The notes beneath the pieces are model-generated. The model did no database searches. It worked only from the letters and a program-made list of their open reading frames with translations, and was not told where the DNA came from. A stretch of 64,000 bases of DNA, taken from Candidatus Fermentibacteraceae bacterium (GTDB lineage Bacteria > Fermentibacterota > Fermentibacteria > Fermentibacterales > JCC-6). The first letter of the stretch is position 1. Each line of letters begins with the position of its first letter. The stretch lies in the NCBI GenBank assembly GCA_041750285.1, contig JBGSZS010000019.1:64001-128000 (forward strand). Direction: 5' to 3'. A program made the translations under genes and the position numbers. Positions 1 through 10,128 of the stretch are shown here, one piece after another.

Positions 1-1031
1 CGCGAGACCCCCGGGCAGTCCGTGACATCCACGGTCATCCCGTTCATGTTGACGATGCCGGATACTTTTGCCCGCCGTCCGCGGACCAGCACATACCCGA
101 GGTTGCTCAGGCTTCTGGAAAAACCCTGCGAGTATCCGACCGGGACCGCCGCCATCTTCTGCTGGCGGGATGTCAGGAAGAAGTTGCCGTAACCGACGAA
201 TTCCCCGGGTTTGACGGCTGTAATACCCATGATGGTGCTTTTCCAGCTGATTACCCTTTTCAAGGGGTTCTTGAACCCTTCCGGGGATTGGCCGGTGGAA
301 AGGATGTGAAGCATTCTGGTCTCCATGCTCGGCCAGTAGCCGTACTGGGCTATGCCGACACGAACGGCGTCGAAACGGGCCCCGGGAATCACAAGGGCGG
401 CAGCTGAGCTGGCTGTGTGCAGGATGCCCGTATCGACTCCCTTCCCGCGGAGAAGGGCGACACCATCATGGAATGTGTCGAGCTGCCTGTGGATCCTCAT
501 GTGGTTGGCGGCGTTCTCCGCTCCGGCGAGATGGGTGCAGGTTCCCCCCGTCCTCACAGAGCCGGGATTCCCTGTCAGCAGGTCTGCAGCGGCTTCGAGT
601 TCGGCTGGAGGAATACCGGTTCGGTTCATTCCCGTCTCAAGCTCCAGATGAATGTTCGAAGGTCTTTCCGGGGTTCCCGACGATATCGCTTCCTTCAGTC
701 TCTCAAGATCGCTCACATAGAAGGAAATGTTTCTGGAGTTCGCCCAGGGGATGTCTTCGCGGTGGATGAACCCCATCACGATTATCTCTTCTCCGGGCAC
801 ACCCGCCTTCAGAAGGATGGATGCCTCTTCGGCGGCGTATACCCCGAACATGTTGATGCCCAGTTCCCTTGCAAGGGGAACGAAGCAGGCCAGACCATGG
901 CCGTAGGCATTGCTTTTCACGACGGAGATGATGCGGCGGTTCCCGATGGTGCTTCTGATGAAACGGATGTTCGCCCTGAGGGCGCTTCGGCTGACCTCGA
1001 TCATTGATGATGCGTGTGGTTCGTTCTCTAT
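1..1031 (-). CDS. alr: Alanine racemase (3' end runs off the window)
   Basis: Manual minus-strand translation gives the PLP-lysine motif VVKSNAYGHG and the C-terminal VGYG...VPVGYSQG...GIVNMN region. Start is ATA at 1031 (AGGAGG 6 nt upstream) or in-frame ATG at 1004. Confidence 0.92.
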   Translation of the reverse strand, partial: MENEPHASSMIEVSRSALRANIRFIRSTIGNRRIISVVKSNAYGHGLACFVPLARELGINMFGVYAAEEASILLKAGVPGEEIIVMGFIHREDIPWANSRNISFYVSDLERLKEAISSGTPERPSNIHLELETGMNRTGIPPAELEAAADLLTGNPGSVRTGGTCTHLAGAENAANHMRIHRQLDTFHDGVALLRGKGVDTGILHTASSAAALVIPGARFDAVRVGIAQYGYWPSMETRMLHILSTGQSPEGFKNPLKRVISWKSTIMGITAVKPGEFVGYGNFFLTSRQQKMAAVPVGYSQGFSRSLSNLGYVLVRGRRAKVSGIVNMNGMTVDVTDCPGVS

Positions 1032-2140
1032 GATGTGCCTCCTGTCATTATCACCGATCGTACCGTTTCCAGAAGCAGCCTGGTGCCAGGAGGCAGCAGC
1101 CGGTCTGGGAAATCGTAATCGGGGTGGTGGAGCGGAGGGGTTTCCTCACCGGCCCCAAGACCGAAAAGGACCCCCGGCATGGCGCTTGTGAAGTGGCCGA
1201 AGTCCTCCGACCACGGGAAGGGTTCGTCCCTGAAGGAGACGTTCATGCCAAGCCCGCTGGCGGCCTTTGCGACCAGGTTCACAAGACCGCTGTCGTTGAG
1301 AACGGGCGGAAAATCCTCGCCCCTCTCCACTGAAACTCCGAGCCCGTAAGTTCCGGCGATCCCCTGCGCCAGCACGTGACACTCACGGGACAGCCCATCG
1401 AGAACCTCCTTTTCGGAAGCCCTGACGGTTGCCATCACAACCGCCTCGCCCGGCGAGGTTCCGAAGGTCGCGGCACCCATTGCAGCATGAACGACAGTGA
1501 CCTTCGCGGGCTGGAACAACCCGGTCCGGTTCTGGGGGATGGCACTCAGGGCCTGGATAAGCTGGGCGACAGCCATTGCAGGGCTTCTGCCCCTGTGGGG
1601 TTCCCCCGCATGGGAACGCTCACCGGTCAGTTTGATCGTCATACCCGCGGATGCGCAGGCGAAAGCGCCGTGCCTGAGAATGACATCGCCGGAGGCGAAA
1701 CCGGGAAGGTTGTGAAGCGCCACTGCGAAGTCGGGCATCACCGATCTGAAACCTTCGTCTTTCAACACCGCGGAGGCTCCTGCGCCGGTCTCTTCCGCGG
1801 GTTGGAAAAGCAGGAGTACCGAGCCCCTTTCAAGCGGGGCTTCCGAAAGGTGTTCCGCAACCCCGGCAAGCATCGCCATGTGACCGTCGTGCCCGCATCC
1901 GTGATACGCCGTGCCGCCATCCGGCATGGGAAGGCCGTCGAGCTCGCATCTGACCATCACCCTGGGGCCGGGAAGAGCGCCCTGATAAAGTGCTGCCACG
2001 CCGTGCCCCGCGATTCCCCTCAAAAGCCTGTCCGGACGTGTTGCCGCAAGGAAGTCTGCCACGATCACGGCGGTGGCTGCCTCCCTTCCGGAAACCTCGG
2101 CCCTTTCGTGAAGGGCTCTTCTCAGCTCCCGCGTGTTCAG
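1028..2140 (-). CDS. M20D-family amidohydrolase
   Basis: Motifs RRALH..E.S..E, RCELDGL, HGCGHDGH, FQPAEE, WSEDF, LHHPDYDF. Likely CTG start at 2140, since the longer track ORF overlaps the upstream gene. Confidence 0.88.
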   Translation of the reverse strand: MNTRELRRALHERAEVSGREAATAVIVADFLAATRPDRLLRGIAGHGVAALYQGALPGPRVMVRCELDGLPMPDGGTAYHGCGHDGHMAMLAGVAEHLSEAPLERGSVLLLFQPAEETGAGASAVLKDEGFRSVMPDFAVALHNLPGFASGDVILRHGAFACASAGMTIKLTGERSHAGEPHRGRSPAMAVAQLIQALSAIPQNRTGLFQPAKVTVVHAAMGAATFGTSPGEAVVMATVRASEKEVLDGLSRECHVLAQGIAGTYGLGVSVERGEDFPPVLNDSGLVNLVAKAASGLGMNVSFRDEPFPWSEDFGHFTSAMPGVLFGLGAGEETPPLHHPDYDFPDRLLPPGTRLLLETVRSVIMTGGTS

Positions 2141-2340
2141 ACCTTCCCCTTTCCCACAAGCCTTGCGAAGTGCTCGAACGAACGGTCCCACGTTCTCTCT
2201 TCTTCCCTTGGGAAAAAGCAGCCCGGAAGCTCCCTGTTCCTCAGGTGGGCTGCCACGCACTCGCAGCACACGCCCTTGCGGGAGCAGGGTTCGTAGCTGC
2301 AGTTGCACCGTTTCAGGTTTTCAGCCTTTTTACACTCCAT
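2137..2340 (-). CDS. Small Cys-rich protein (DUF6485-like), 67 aa
   Basis: CNCSYEPCSRKGVCCECVAAH...LPGCFF...DRS pattern. AAGGAGG precedes the ATG at 2340. Confidence 0.8.
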   Translation of the reverse strand: MECKKAENLKRCNCSYEPCSRKGVCCECVAAHLRNRELPGCFFPREEERTWDRSFEHFARLVGKGKV

Positions 2341-2402
2341 TGATTCCTCCTTATCTCCATTTGCATAAGGGCCACGCGCCCCCGGTGTCAATGCCCAGCG
2401 GC

Positions 2403-2431
2403 TTGACAGACCGGGTTTTCTGTGGTAGGCT
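2403..2431 (+). promoter_or_regulatory. Sigma70-type promoter of the S10 operon
   Basis: TTGACA (2403-2408), 17-nt spacer containing TG, TAGGCT (2426-2431). Confidence 0.7.
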
Positions 2432-2606
2432 TGCACTTCCCTGAAAGGCCAGGGGTGGTTGCGGTTCTTCGGGAATTCAACCATATTTGGCGCCCCGGAG
2501 GCTCCGATGAGCCAATGGGTGAAAACAGGCAATTGGCAGCGCGGGATTCTCCCGGACGGGTGTATTGCGCGTTTATTTCTGGTTTGTAATGAACCGAGGA
2601 GATGGG

Positions 2607-2912
2607 TTGAACGAAATACGGCTCAGAATAAGGCTTCGGGCCTATGATCACCGGCTTCTGGACAAGTCGGCCGCTTCCATAGTGCGTGGCGTGCTGAACA
2701 CCGGGGCCAAGGTTGCGGGTCCGATCCCACTGCCCACAAGGCGCACGATGTTGACGGTTCTGCGTAGCCCCCATGTTGACAAGAAATCACGGGAGCAGTT
2801 CGAGTTGAGGGTTCACTCCAGGCTCATTGAGATCCGCGATCCCAACGAGCAGACCACCGAAGCCCTGCGTCAGCTCGATGTTCCCGCCGGTGTGGATGTC
2901 GAGATAAAGTAA
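2607..2912 (+). CDS. rpsJ: 30S ribosomal protein S10
   Basis: [37 protein letters not shown] start after GAGGAG. Confidence 0.98.
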   Translation: MNEIRLRIRLRAYDHRLLDKSAASIVRGVLNTGAKVAGPIPLPTRRTMLTVLRSPHVDKKSREQFELRVHSRLIEIRDPNEQTTEALRQLDVPAGVDVEIK

Positions 2913-3064
2913 CCTGCATTCCTCCTGACTGATCCGGCGGGGCCGGGTTAAGAGGAAATGTCGCACTGCGGAGCCTGGGCGGATGCTCCGGCGGGCGGCG
3001 GAAGAAAGAACAGAAACGCTCGTCCCCCCGCCAATAAGGGGACTTCAGCGACGGGAAGTGGTAT

Positions 3065-3700
3065 ATGAGCGGATTGATGGCTCGTAAACTGGGCATGACC
3101 CGTGTCTTCAACGAAGACGGAAGGGTCGTTCCGGTCACCGTACTCGAGGCGGCGCCCAACCATGTGGTTCAGGTGAAGACCATCGAGCATGACGGCTATG
3201 CCGCCGTGCAGGTGGGATTCGTTCCACAGAAGGAAAGCCGTCTCAACAAGCCCCGGAAGGGGCATCTTGCAAAGGCGGGGGTCCCCCCCGTGTCCAGGCT
3301 TGCGGAAGTTGGGAAGCCCGGGGGCGACGTGAAGCCCGGCGACACCATCACCGTCAGCATGTTCAGCCCCGGTGAGAAGGTCGACGTCACCGGCCTGTGC
3401 AAGGGCAAGGGTTTCCAGGGCGTTGTGAAAAGGCACGGCTTCAGCGGTGGTGATGAGACCCACGGCTGCAAGTCCCACAGGGTGCCGGGCTCGATCGGGC
3501 AGTGCGCAACCCCGGGCCGTGTCTGGAAGAACAAGAAGATGCCCGGCCAGACCGGCAACACCAGGGTGACGGTCAAGAACCTCGAAATCGTGGAAATCGA
3601 CGGTGAGAAAAACCTCGTCGTGCTCAAGGGCGCTGTTCCCGGCTCGAGGAACGGTTACCTTCTTATTCGGAAGCACCGCAGGAGCGGAGGTAACAGCTGA
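3065..3700 (+). CDS. rplC: 50S ribosomal protein L3
   Basis: KLGMTRVF, KGKGFQGVVKRHGF, HRVPGSIG; operon position. Confidence 0.98.
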   Translation: MSGLMARKLGMTRVFNEDGRVVPVTVLEAAPNHVVQVKTIEHDGYAAVQVGFVPQKESRLNKPRKGHLAKAGVPPVSRLAEVGKPGGDVKPGDTITVSMFSPGEKVDVTGLCKGKGFQGVVKRHGFSGGDETHGCKSHRVPGSIGQCATPGRVWKNKKMPGQTGNTRVTVKNLEIVEIDGEKNLVVLKGAVPGSRNGYLLIRKHRRSGGNS

Positions 3701-4323
3701 TGGCACTCGCAAGGGTATATACGATGAGCGGCGAAGAGGTCGACACCGTTCAGCTCCCTGACGAGGTCTTCTCGACCGGGGTTTCCACCCACGTGTTGTG
3801 GGAGGTCGTAAGGGTCGAGCAGACCAACCGCCGCAGAGGCACCGCCAGTACGAAAACGCGCGCATTCGTTGTCGGCAGCGGCAAGAAACCGTGGCGCCAG
3901 AAGCACACCGGCCATGCCCGAAGCGGCTCAAAGAAGTCGCCGATCTGGCGTGGCGGTGGCGTGGCTTTCGGCCCCCATCCCCGTCCCTGGAGCATCAAGC
4001 TCAACCGCAAGATACGCCGCAAGGCCCTTGCCGGGATACTCAGCGAAAGACTGGACGAGGGAAACCTTCGCCTTATCCGTGATTTCTTCCTCGAGGGCAA
4101 AACCCGGCAGGTTGCGGGAATGCTCGAGGGGAACGGTTGCGCGGGACGGAAGACCCTCATCCTCACCCTCGAGGGAGACGAACTTGCCACCAGGGCGTCC
4201 CGAAACATCCCCGGTGTGTTCTCAGCCAGTGCCCGAAGCGTTCCGGTAACCACGCTGGTTAACTCCGAAGTGGTTCTGATGGACGAGCGGGCCATTGATG
4301 AGCTGAAAGCGAGGCTTTTGTAA
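3700..4323 (+). CDS. rplD: 50S ribosomal protein L4
   Basis: KKPWRQKHTGHARSGS..SPIWRGGGVAFGP. Confidence 0.98.
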   Translation: MALARVYTMSGEEVDTVQLPDEVFSTGVSTHVLWEVVRVEQTNRRRGTASTKTRAFVVGSGKKPWRQKHTGHARSGSKKSPIWRGGGVAFGPHPRPWSIKLNRKIRRKALAGILSERLDEGNLRLIRDFFLEGKTRQVAGMLEGNGCAGRKTLILTLEGDELATRASRNIPGVFSASARSVPVTTLVNSEVVLMDERAIDELKARLL

Positions 4324-4610
4324 TGGATGCCCGACAGATAATCATCGAGCCCATTGTCACCGAGAAATCCACAGTGGCGCGCGAGAGCCGCAACGCCTAC
4401 TCATTCAAGGTGAAGCCCTCAGCCACGAAGCACCAGATCGCGAAGGCTGTGGAAGAGATATTCAGTGTGACGGTCCTCGCCGTCCATACCATCAGGATGG
4501 AAGGCAAAATGAAGCGCATGGGCCGCTTCGCCGGCCGTCGCTCATCCTGGAAAAAAGCCGTTGTAACCCTGAAAAAGGGAGACACGGTTGAGTTCTTTGA
4601 GGGGGTGTAA
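4323..4610 (+). CDS. rplW: 50S ribosomal protein L23
   Basis: [15 protein letters not shown]. Confidence 0.98.
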   Translation: MDARQIIIEPIVTEKSTVARESRNAYSFKVKPSATKHQIAKAVEEIFSVTVLAVHTIRMEGKMKRMGRFAGRRSSWKKAVVTLKKGDTVEFFEGV

Positions 4611-4612
4611 CC

Positions 4613-5455
4613 ATGGGTATGAAGCGTTGGAAACCCACCACCCCCGGTACCAGGTTCAAGGTATCGCCCGACTTCTCCGAGATAACCAGAACTGAAGGCG
4701 AGAAGTCCCTTCTGGTAACCCTGCCAAGCAAGGCCGGCCGGAACAACAAGGGGCGCGTTACCGCCAGGCACCGGGGTGGCGGTCACAAGCGGATGTACAG
4801 GATCGTCGATTTTCGCAGGAACAAGCCTGGTATCCCGGGCAGGGTCGATTCGATCGAATACGATCCGAACCGCAGCGCCAGGATCGCCCTTGTGGTCTAC
4901 TGCGACGGCGAGAAGCGTTACATCATCGCCCCCGAGGGTCTCGAAGTCGGCCAGACCGTTCTCAGCGGCGCCGAGGCCCCTCCCGAGGTCGGAAACCACC
5001 TTCCCCTGAACAGGGTTCCTCTTGGCACCATGGTTCACAACGTCGAGATGAAGCCCGGCAAGGGCGGACAGATCGCCCGAAGCGCCGGTGCCTCGGTTCA
5101 GCTCATGGCGCGCGAGGGCGGCTATGCGACATTGCGCATGCCCTCCAGGGAGATGAGAAGGGTGCCCGCCGAATGCATGGCCACCATCGGCCAGGTCGGC
5201 AACTCCGAGCACAACCTCGTTGTCCCGGGCAAGGCCGGAGCCAGCCGCTGGGCAGGCAGAAGGCCCCATGTAAGGGGTGTTGCCATGAACCCGGTCGACC
5301 ACCCCATGGGCGGCGGGGAAGGAAAGACAAGCGGTGGCCGTCATCCGTGCTCACCTTGGGGACAGCTCGCCAAGGGCCTCCGCACCCGGAAGCCCAAGAA
5401 GGAATCGAGCAAACTCATCCTAAGGCGCAGACCCACCGGAAAGAGGAGGAAGTAG
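4613..5455 (+). CDS. rplB: 50S ribosomal protein L2
   Basis: [30 protein letters not shown]. Confidence 0.99.
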   Translation: MGMKRWKPTTPGTRFKVSPDFSEITRTEGEKSLLVTLPSKAGRNNKGRVTARHRGGGHKRMYRIVDFRRNKPGIPGRVDSIEYDPNRSARIALVVYCDGEKRYIIAPEGLEVGQTVLSGAEAPPEVGNHLPLNRVPLGTMVHNVEMKPGKGGQIARSAGASVQLMAREGGYATLRMPSREMRRVPAECMATIGQVGNSEHNLVVPGKAGASRWAGRRPHVRGVAMNPVDHPMGGGEGKTSGGRHPCSPWGQLAKGLRTRKPKKESSKLILRRRPTGKRRK

Positions 5456-5457
5456 CG

Positions 5458-5724
5458 ATGGCGCGTTCCCTGAAAAAAGGCCCGTACATCGATGCCGGGC
5501 TTCTCCGGAAGGTGGAGCTCATGGGCCAGGCCGGCGAAAGCAAGGTAATCAAGACGTGGGCCAGACGGTCCACGATCCCGCCGGATTTCGTAGGCCAGAC
5601 ATTCGCCGTGCACAACGGCCGTAAATTCGTGCCGGTATTCGTTGTGGAGAACATGGTCGGGCACAAGCTCGGCGAGTTCGCCCCCACCCGAACCTTCCGC
5701 GGTCACCGCGAGAAGAAGAAGTAG
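5458..5724 (+). CDS. rpsS: 30S ribosomal protein S19
   Basis: [23 protein letters not shown]. Confidence 0.98.
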   Translation: MARSLKKGPYIDAGLLRKVELMGQAGESKVIKTWARRSTIPPDFVGQTFAVHNGRKFVPVFVVENMVGHKLGEFAPTRTFRGHREKKK

Positions 5725-5734
5725 GGGTGGGAGA

Positions 5735-6100
5735 ATGGAAGCCGTAGCAAAGGCCAGGTTCGTAAGGGTTCCACCCCGGAAGGCAAGGCAGGTCGCCGAC
5801 CTCATCCGGGGCAAGTCCGTTGGCCAGGCGCTGTCCATACTCATGACAGTGCCAAAGGTCGCCTCGAAGATAATCGCCAAGACGCTCGATTCCGCCGTGG
5901 CGAACGCCGTCTTCCTCTCCGACGGGGCCAAACTCGAGGCCGAAAAAATGAAGGTCTCCGTTATCACAGTCGACGAGGGCCCCATGGTTGCCCGCTGGCG
6001 CCCCAGGGCCAGGGGCAGGGCCACCCGCATCGTTCACCGGACCAGTCACATCACCGTCAGGGTCAGCCAGGGTGAAACAGCCGGACCGGAGAAGAGGTAA
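5735..6100 (+). CDS. rplV: 50S ribosomal protein L22
   Basis: PRKARQVADLIRGK, RPRARGRA, RTSHITV. Confidence 0.98.
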   Translation: MEAVAKARFVRVPPRKARQVADLIRGKSVGQALSILMTVPKVASKIIAKTLDSAVANAVFLSDGAKLEAEKMKVSVITVDEGPMVARWRPRARGRATRIVHRTSHITVRVSQGETAGPEKR

Positions 6101-6102
6101 AC

Positions 6103-6756
6103 ATGGGACAGAAGACAAATCCTATCGGCCTCAGGCTGGGAATCACCAGAAGCTGGGACTCGGTCTGGTTCGCCAAGGGCAGGAATTTCGCGAAGCTTGT
6201 TGAAGAGGACGCAAGGATAAGGAAGTACATCCTTCTGAACCCCCTCCTCGACAAGGCCCAGATCAGCAAGGTCCAGATCCTCAGGAAGCCCCAGGAAGTG
6301 CATATAGCCATAAGCACGGCAAGACCCGGCATGGTCATCGGCACCAGGGGCAAGACCATCGACAGGCTCACCAGCGAACTCACCGCACTCACCGACAAGA
6401 CAGTGAAGGTGAAGGTCGACCAGATCGACAACCCTGAAGTCAGCGCGGTGCTGGTCGCCGAGAACGTCGCCAGGCAGCTGGAGAACAGGGTTTCGGTCAG
6501 AAGGGCCATAAAGAGAACAATATCCGACACGATGCGGGCCGGCGCTCTGGGAATCAAGGTTTCCTGCTCCGGAAGGCTTGGCGGAGCCGAGATGTCCAGG
6601 ATCAACACGTACCATGAGGGCCGGGTTCCACTGCACACCCTCAGGGCGGACATCGATTTCGCCAGGGCCGTCTCCCGCACCACTTACGGCGTGATCGGCG
6701 TTAAGGTCTGGATCTATGTGGGCGATGTTCACGAAGCCCCCGTGGCCGGATCCTGA
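6103..6756 (+). CDS. rpsC: 30S ribosomal protein S3
   Basis: MGQKTNPIGLRLGI, GRVPLHTLRADID. Confidence 0.99.
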   Translation: MGQKTNPIGLRLGITRSWDSVWFAKGRNFAKLVEEDARIRKYILLNPLLDKAQISKVQILRKPQEVHIAISTARPGMVIGTRGKTIDRLTSELTALTDKTVKVKVDQIDNPEVSAVLVAENVARQLENRVSVRRAIKRTISDTMRAGALGIKVSCSGRLGGAEMSRINTYHEGRVPLHTLRADIDFARAVSRTTYGVIGVKVWIYVGDVHEAPVAGS

Positions 6757-6773
6757 GAGAGTGGTGATGCAGC

Positions 6774-7196
6774 ATGTTGATGCCGAAAAGAACTAAGTAC
6801 CGGAAGCAGCACAGGGGCAGAATGCGGGGAATGGCCAAAGGCGGCGCCGAGGTTTCCTTCGGTGAATTCGGCCTTCAGGCCCTGGCCCCCGGCTGGATCA
6901 CGAGCGCCCAGATCGAGGCGGCCCGAATCGCCATGACAAGGCACATCAAGAGGGGCGGCAAGGTCTGGATCAGGGTCTTCCCCGACAAGCCCATTACGGC
7001 CACACCCCTTGAAACAAGGATGGGCAAGGGCAAAGGCCCGGTCGAGGGCTGGGTTGCCGTGATCAGACCCGGCCGGGTGATGTTTGAAATAGAGGGAGTG
7101 GCACCGGAAACCGCCAGGGAGGCCATGCGCCTCGCCGGGCACAAGCTTCCGGTGGCAACCCGCTTCGTGATCAGGGATAAGGAGGCTCACCAGTGA
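6774..7196 (+). CDS. rplP: 50S ribosomal protein L16
   Basis: [18 protein letters not shown]. Confidence 0.99.
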   Translation: MLMPKRTKYRKQHRGRMRGMAKGGAEVSFGEFGLQALAPGWITSAQIEAARIAMTRHIKRGGKVWIRVFPDKPITATPLETRMGKGKGPVEGWVAVIRPGRVMFEIEGVAPETAREAMRLAGHKLPVATRFVIRDKEAHQ

Positions 7197-7411
7197 AACC
7201 TCATGAATTCCGGGCCATGAGCAGGGATGAGCTTGAGGAACAGGTGAGGGAGCTCCAGAGGGAGATTTTCAACCTCAGGTTCCGCAAGGCGGCCCAGCAG
7301 CTCGACAACCCGGTTAAGGTTCGCATGGTCCGGAAAGATCTGGCCCGGGCCTTGTCCATTCTTCATGAGATAGACATGGGCATTGACACCAAAGCCGGGG
7401 AAGGGAACTGA
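7193..7411 (+). CDS. rpmC: 50S ribosomal protein L29
   Basis: FNLRF...QLDNP...RKDLAR; operon position. Confidence 0.96.
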   Translation: MKPHEFRAMSRDELEEQVRELQREIFNLRFRKAAQQLDNPVKVRMVRKDLARALSILHEIDMGIDTKAGEGN

Positions 7412-7413
7412 CC

Positions 7414-7677
7414 ATGGCCGAAACAAGAGTAGGGAACAGAAGAGTGCTTCGCGGAACCGTGGTCTCCAACGCCATGGACAAGACAGCGGTGGTGGAAGTC
7501 ACCTCGGTCAAGGCGCACCCGGCCTACAAGAAGCGCGTTCGAAGCAGCAGCAGGTATTACGCCCACGACGAGAACAACCAGTGCGCCGTTGGGGATGTGG
7601 TTACCATCGCGGAAACCCGCCCCCTCTCCAGACTGAAGAGATGGCGCCTGATTGAGATCGTCGAGAAGGCCAAGTAG
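7414..7677 (+). CDS. rpsQ: 30S ribosomal protein S17
   Basis: [22 protein letters not shown]. Confidence 0.98.
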   Translation: MAETRVGNRRVLRGTVVSNAMDKTAVVEVTSVKAHPAYKKRVRSSSRYYAHDENNQCAVGDVVTIAETRPLSRLKRWRLIEIVEKAK

Positions 7678-7688
7678 GGAGGCCGGAA

Positions 7689-8054
7689 ATGATTCAGGTG
7701 TTATCCAGGCTCAAGGTAGCCGACAACTCCGGCGCCCGGGAGGTCATGTGCATCAAGGTACTGGGTGGTACCGGGCGCCGGTACGCCGGCATAGGTGACC
7801 TCATCGTGGTCACCGTGAAGGAATCGTCCCCCGGCGGGACAGTGAAGAAGAGCGATGTAAGAAGGGCGGTTGTGGTTCGCACCCGCAAGGAACTCAACCG
7901 TGCCGACGGCTCAAGCGTAAGGTTCGACGACAATGCCGCAGTGATCCTTGACGACGCAGGGCAGCCCGTGGCGACAAGGATCTTCGGTCCGGTGGGTCGT
8001 GAGCTTCGCCAGCGTTTCATGAAGATCGTCTCGCTGGCTCCGGAGGTGATTTAG
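7689..8054 (+). CDS. rplN: 50S ribosomal protein L14
   Basis: [24 protein letters not shown]. Confidence 0.99.
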   Translation: MIQVLSRLKVADNSGAREVMCIKVLGGTGRRYAGIGDLIVVTVKESSPGGTVKKSDVRRAVVVRTRKELNRADGSSVRFDDNAAVILDDAGQPVATRIFGPVGRELRQRFMKIVSLAPEVI

Positions 8055-8055
8055 G

Positions 8056-8373
8056 ATGCATGTGCGCAAGGGCGACAAGGTTCTTGTCATCACCGGGAAC
8101 GACAAAGGCAAGACCGGCAAGGTTCTGAAGGTATTCCGGGACAAGAACAAGGCGGTCGTGGAAGGCGTAAGGATAATCAAGCGCCACACCCGTCCGTCCC
8201 AGAAGAACCAGCAGGGCGGGATTGTGGAGAAGGAAGCCCCGATCGATGCTTCCAACCTTCAGGTGGTCTGCCCTGACTGCGGCAAGGCTTCGGGCATGAG
8301 CCGTGTCAGGGACGAAGACGGCAATCTCTCTCGCAAGTGCAAGGCTTGCGGCGAGATCATCACTGCGGGATAG
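8056..8373 (+). CDS. rplX: 50S ribosomal protein L24
   Basis: KGDKVLVITGNDKGKTG; two CxxC pairs at the C-terminus. Confidence 0.98.
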   Translation: MHVRKGDKVLVITGNDKGKTGKVLKVFRDKNKAVVEGVRIIKRHTRPSQKNQQGGIVEKEAPIDASNLQVVCPDCGKASGMSRVRDEDGNLSRKCKACGEIITAG

Positions 8374-8381
8374 GAGACTGA

Positions 8382-8957
8382 ATGAGCGAGAACACCATGC
8401 CCAGGCTCAAGCAGATCTACCGGCAGGAGGTCCGCGGCAAGATGCTTGAGAAATTCAACTACGCCAACGCCATGCAGACCCCGCGCCTGACCAAGATCGT
8501 GGTCAACATGGGGCTTGGCAAGGAAGCGATGGACAACGCCAACAACGTTACCAGCGCCCAGTCCCAGATGGAGGCCATCACTGGCCAGAAGAGCGTTGTT
8601 GCGAAGGCCAAGAAGTCCGTTGCGGGTTTCAGGCTTCGCGAAGGAATGCCCATCGGGGTATTCACCACCCTCAGGGGTGACAGGATGTGGGAATATCTTG
8701 ACCGGCTCATCAATTTCGCACTCCCCCAGGTGCGCGATTTCCGCGGACTCCCCTCAAAGGGGTTCGACGGAAGGGGCAACTACAATTTCGGAGTCGAGGA
8801 ACAGGCGATCTTCCCCGAAATCGACGTTGACAAGATAGACAAGTTCAGGGGGATGAACATCACCATCGTCACCACAGCCAGGAACGATGAGGAAGGCCTC
8901 GAGCTTCTCAGCCTCCTGGGGATGCCATTCCGTCGCAGTGGCAGAAGGGGGGCGTGA
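8382..8957 (+). CDS. rplE: 50S ribosomal protein L5
   Basis: [21 protein letters not shown]. Confidence 0.99.
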   Translation: MSENTMPRLKQIYRQEVRGKMLEKFNYANAMQTPRLTKIVVNMGLGKEAMDNANNVTSAQSQMEAITGQKSVVAKAKKSVAGFRLREGMPIGVFTTLRGDRMWEYLDRLINFALPQVRDFRGLPSKGFDGRGNYNFGVEEQAIFPEIDVDKIDKFRGMNITIVTTARNDEEGLELLSLLGMPFRRSGRRGA

Positions 8958-8958
8958 A

Positions 8959-9144
8959 ATGGCGAAGAAGAGCCTGATCGCCAAACAGAAAAGACCCGCG
9001 AAGTTCCAGGTCAGGAACTACAACAGGTGCACTCTCTGCGGAAGGCCCAGGGGTTTTCTGCGAATGTTCGGAATATGTCGGATCTGCTTCAGGGATATGG
9101 CCAACAGGGGTCTTATTCCTGGAATCCGCAAGGCTAGCTGGTAG
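8959..9144 (+). CDS. rpsN: 30S ribosomal protein S14, short Zn-binding type
   Basis: 61 aa, RCTLCGRP...CRIC...PGIRKASW. Confidence 0.97.
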   Translation: MAKKSLIAKQKRPAKFQVRNYNRCTLCGRPRGFLRMFGICRICFRDMANRGLIPGIRKASW

Positions 9145-9157
9145 GAAGGGGAAAAAC

Positions 9158-9553
9158 ATGTCAATGACCGACCCGATAGCCGACATGCTGACCCGGATCA
9201 GGAACGCTTCCTCGGCGGGCCACAAGATGGTTGATATTCCTGCGTCGAAGATGAAGGCCAGCATCGCCAGGGTCCTCTACAACCACGGCTTCATTCTCGG
9301 CTTCCGCAGAATCGAAGACGGGAAACAGGGCGTTCTGAGGGTATACCTGGCATACAGGAACGGAACACCCCTGATCGTGGGAATAAAAAGAATCTCCAAG
9401 CCCGGGTGCAGAGTGTACGCCGGTGTTGACACCCTTCCCAGAGTAATGGGAGGCAGAGGGCTGGCGGTACTCACCACGCCCCGGGGGATCATCACCGATT
9501 TCGAGGCCAGGAAACACAACGTGGGCGGCGAAGTGCTGCTCCACGTCTGGTAA
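9158..9553 (+). CDS. rpsH: 30S ribosomal protein S8
   Basis: DPIADMLTRIRNA, SKPGCRVY, GGEVL. Confidence 0.99.
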   Translation: MSMTDPIADMLTRIRNASSAGHKMVDIPASKMKASIARVLYNHGFILGFRRIEDGKQGVLRVYLAYRNGTPLIVGIKRISKPGCRVYAGVDTLPRVMGGRGLAVLTTPRGIITDFEARKHNVGGEVLLHVW

Positions 9554-9566
9554 GCGGGGGTAGGGA

Positions 9567-10112
9567 ATGTCAAGAATCGGAAAGCTTCCCATCCCGCTCC
9601 ACGGCGCAAAGGTGACCATCTCCGGCAACACCGTTACCGCGGCCGGCGTCCGTGGGGAGGACACCTTCGTCCTTCCTGACGGGATAACGATCGAGGTCAC
9701 GGGCGAGATGGTAAACGTGAACCGCAGGGATGACAGCCCGGATCAGCGCCGGCTTCACGGCGTGACCCGCGCCCAGCTCAACAACCGCATCCTCGGAGTG
9801 ACGAGAGGTCACACGCTCGAGCTGGTCGTTCAGGGCAAGGGCTACCAGGCCGAGCTTGTGGGCAGGTCGATCGAAATGCAGATCGGTTTTTCCCACAAAG
9901 TGGTCGCAACGATCCCCGAGGGGCTGAAGGTCGAGCTCAAGCTTGGCCAGAACACGTTCAGCCTTGTTATCTCTGGAAACGACAAGCAGCTCGTTGGAAA
10001 CTTCGCTTCGACCCTCTACAAGATCAGGCCGGTTGAACCCTACAACCTCATCGGGTTCCGGTACAGCGACCAGCAGATCAAGCGCAAAGCCGCCAAGTCT
10101 GCGACAAGTTAG
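9567..10112 (+). CDS. rplF: 50S ribosomal protein L6 (divergent C-terminal motif)
   Basis: MSRIGKLPI, IGFSH, DKQLVG; operon position. Confidence 0.96.
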   Translation: MSRIGKLPIPLHGAKVTISGNTVTAAGVRGEDTFVLPDGITIEVTGEMVNVNRRDDSPDQRRLHGVTRAQLNNRILGVTRGHTLELVVQGKGYQAELVGRSIEMQIGFSHKVVATIPEGLKVELKLGQNTFSLVISGNDKQLVGNFASTLYKIRPVEPYNLIGFRYSDQQIKRKAAKSATS

Positions 10113-10128
10113 AAGAACGGAGGCAATC

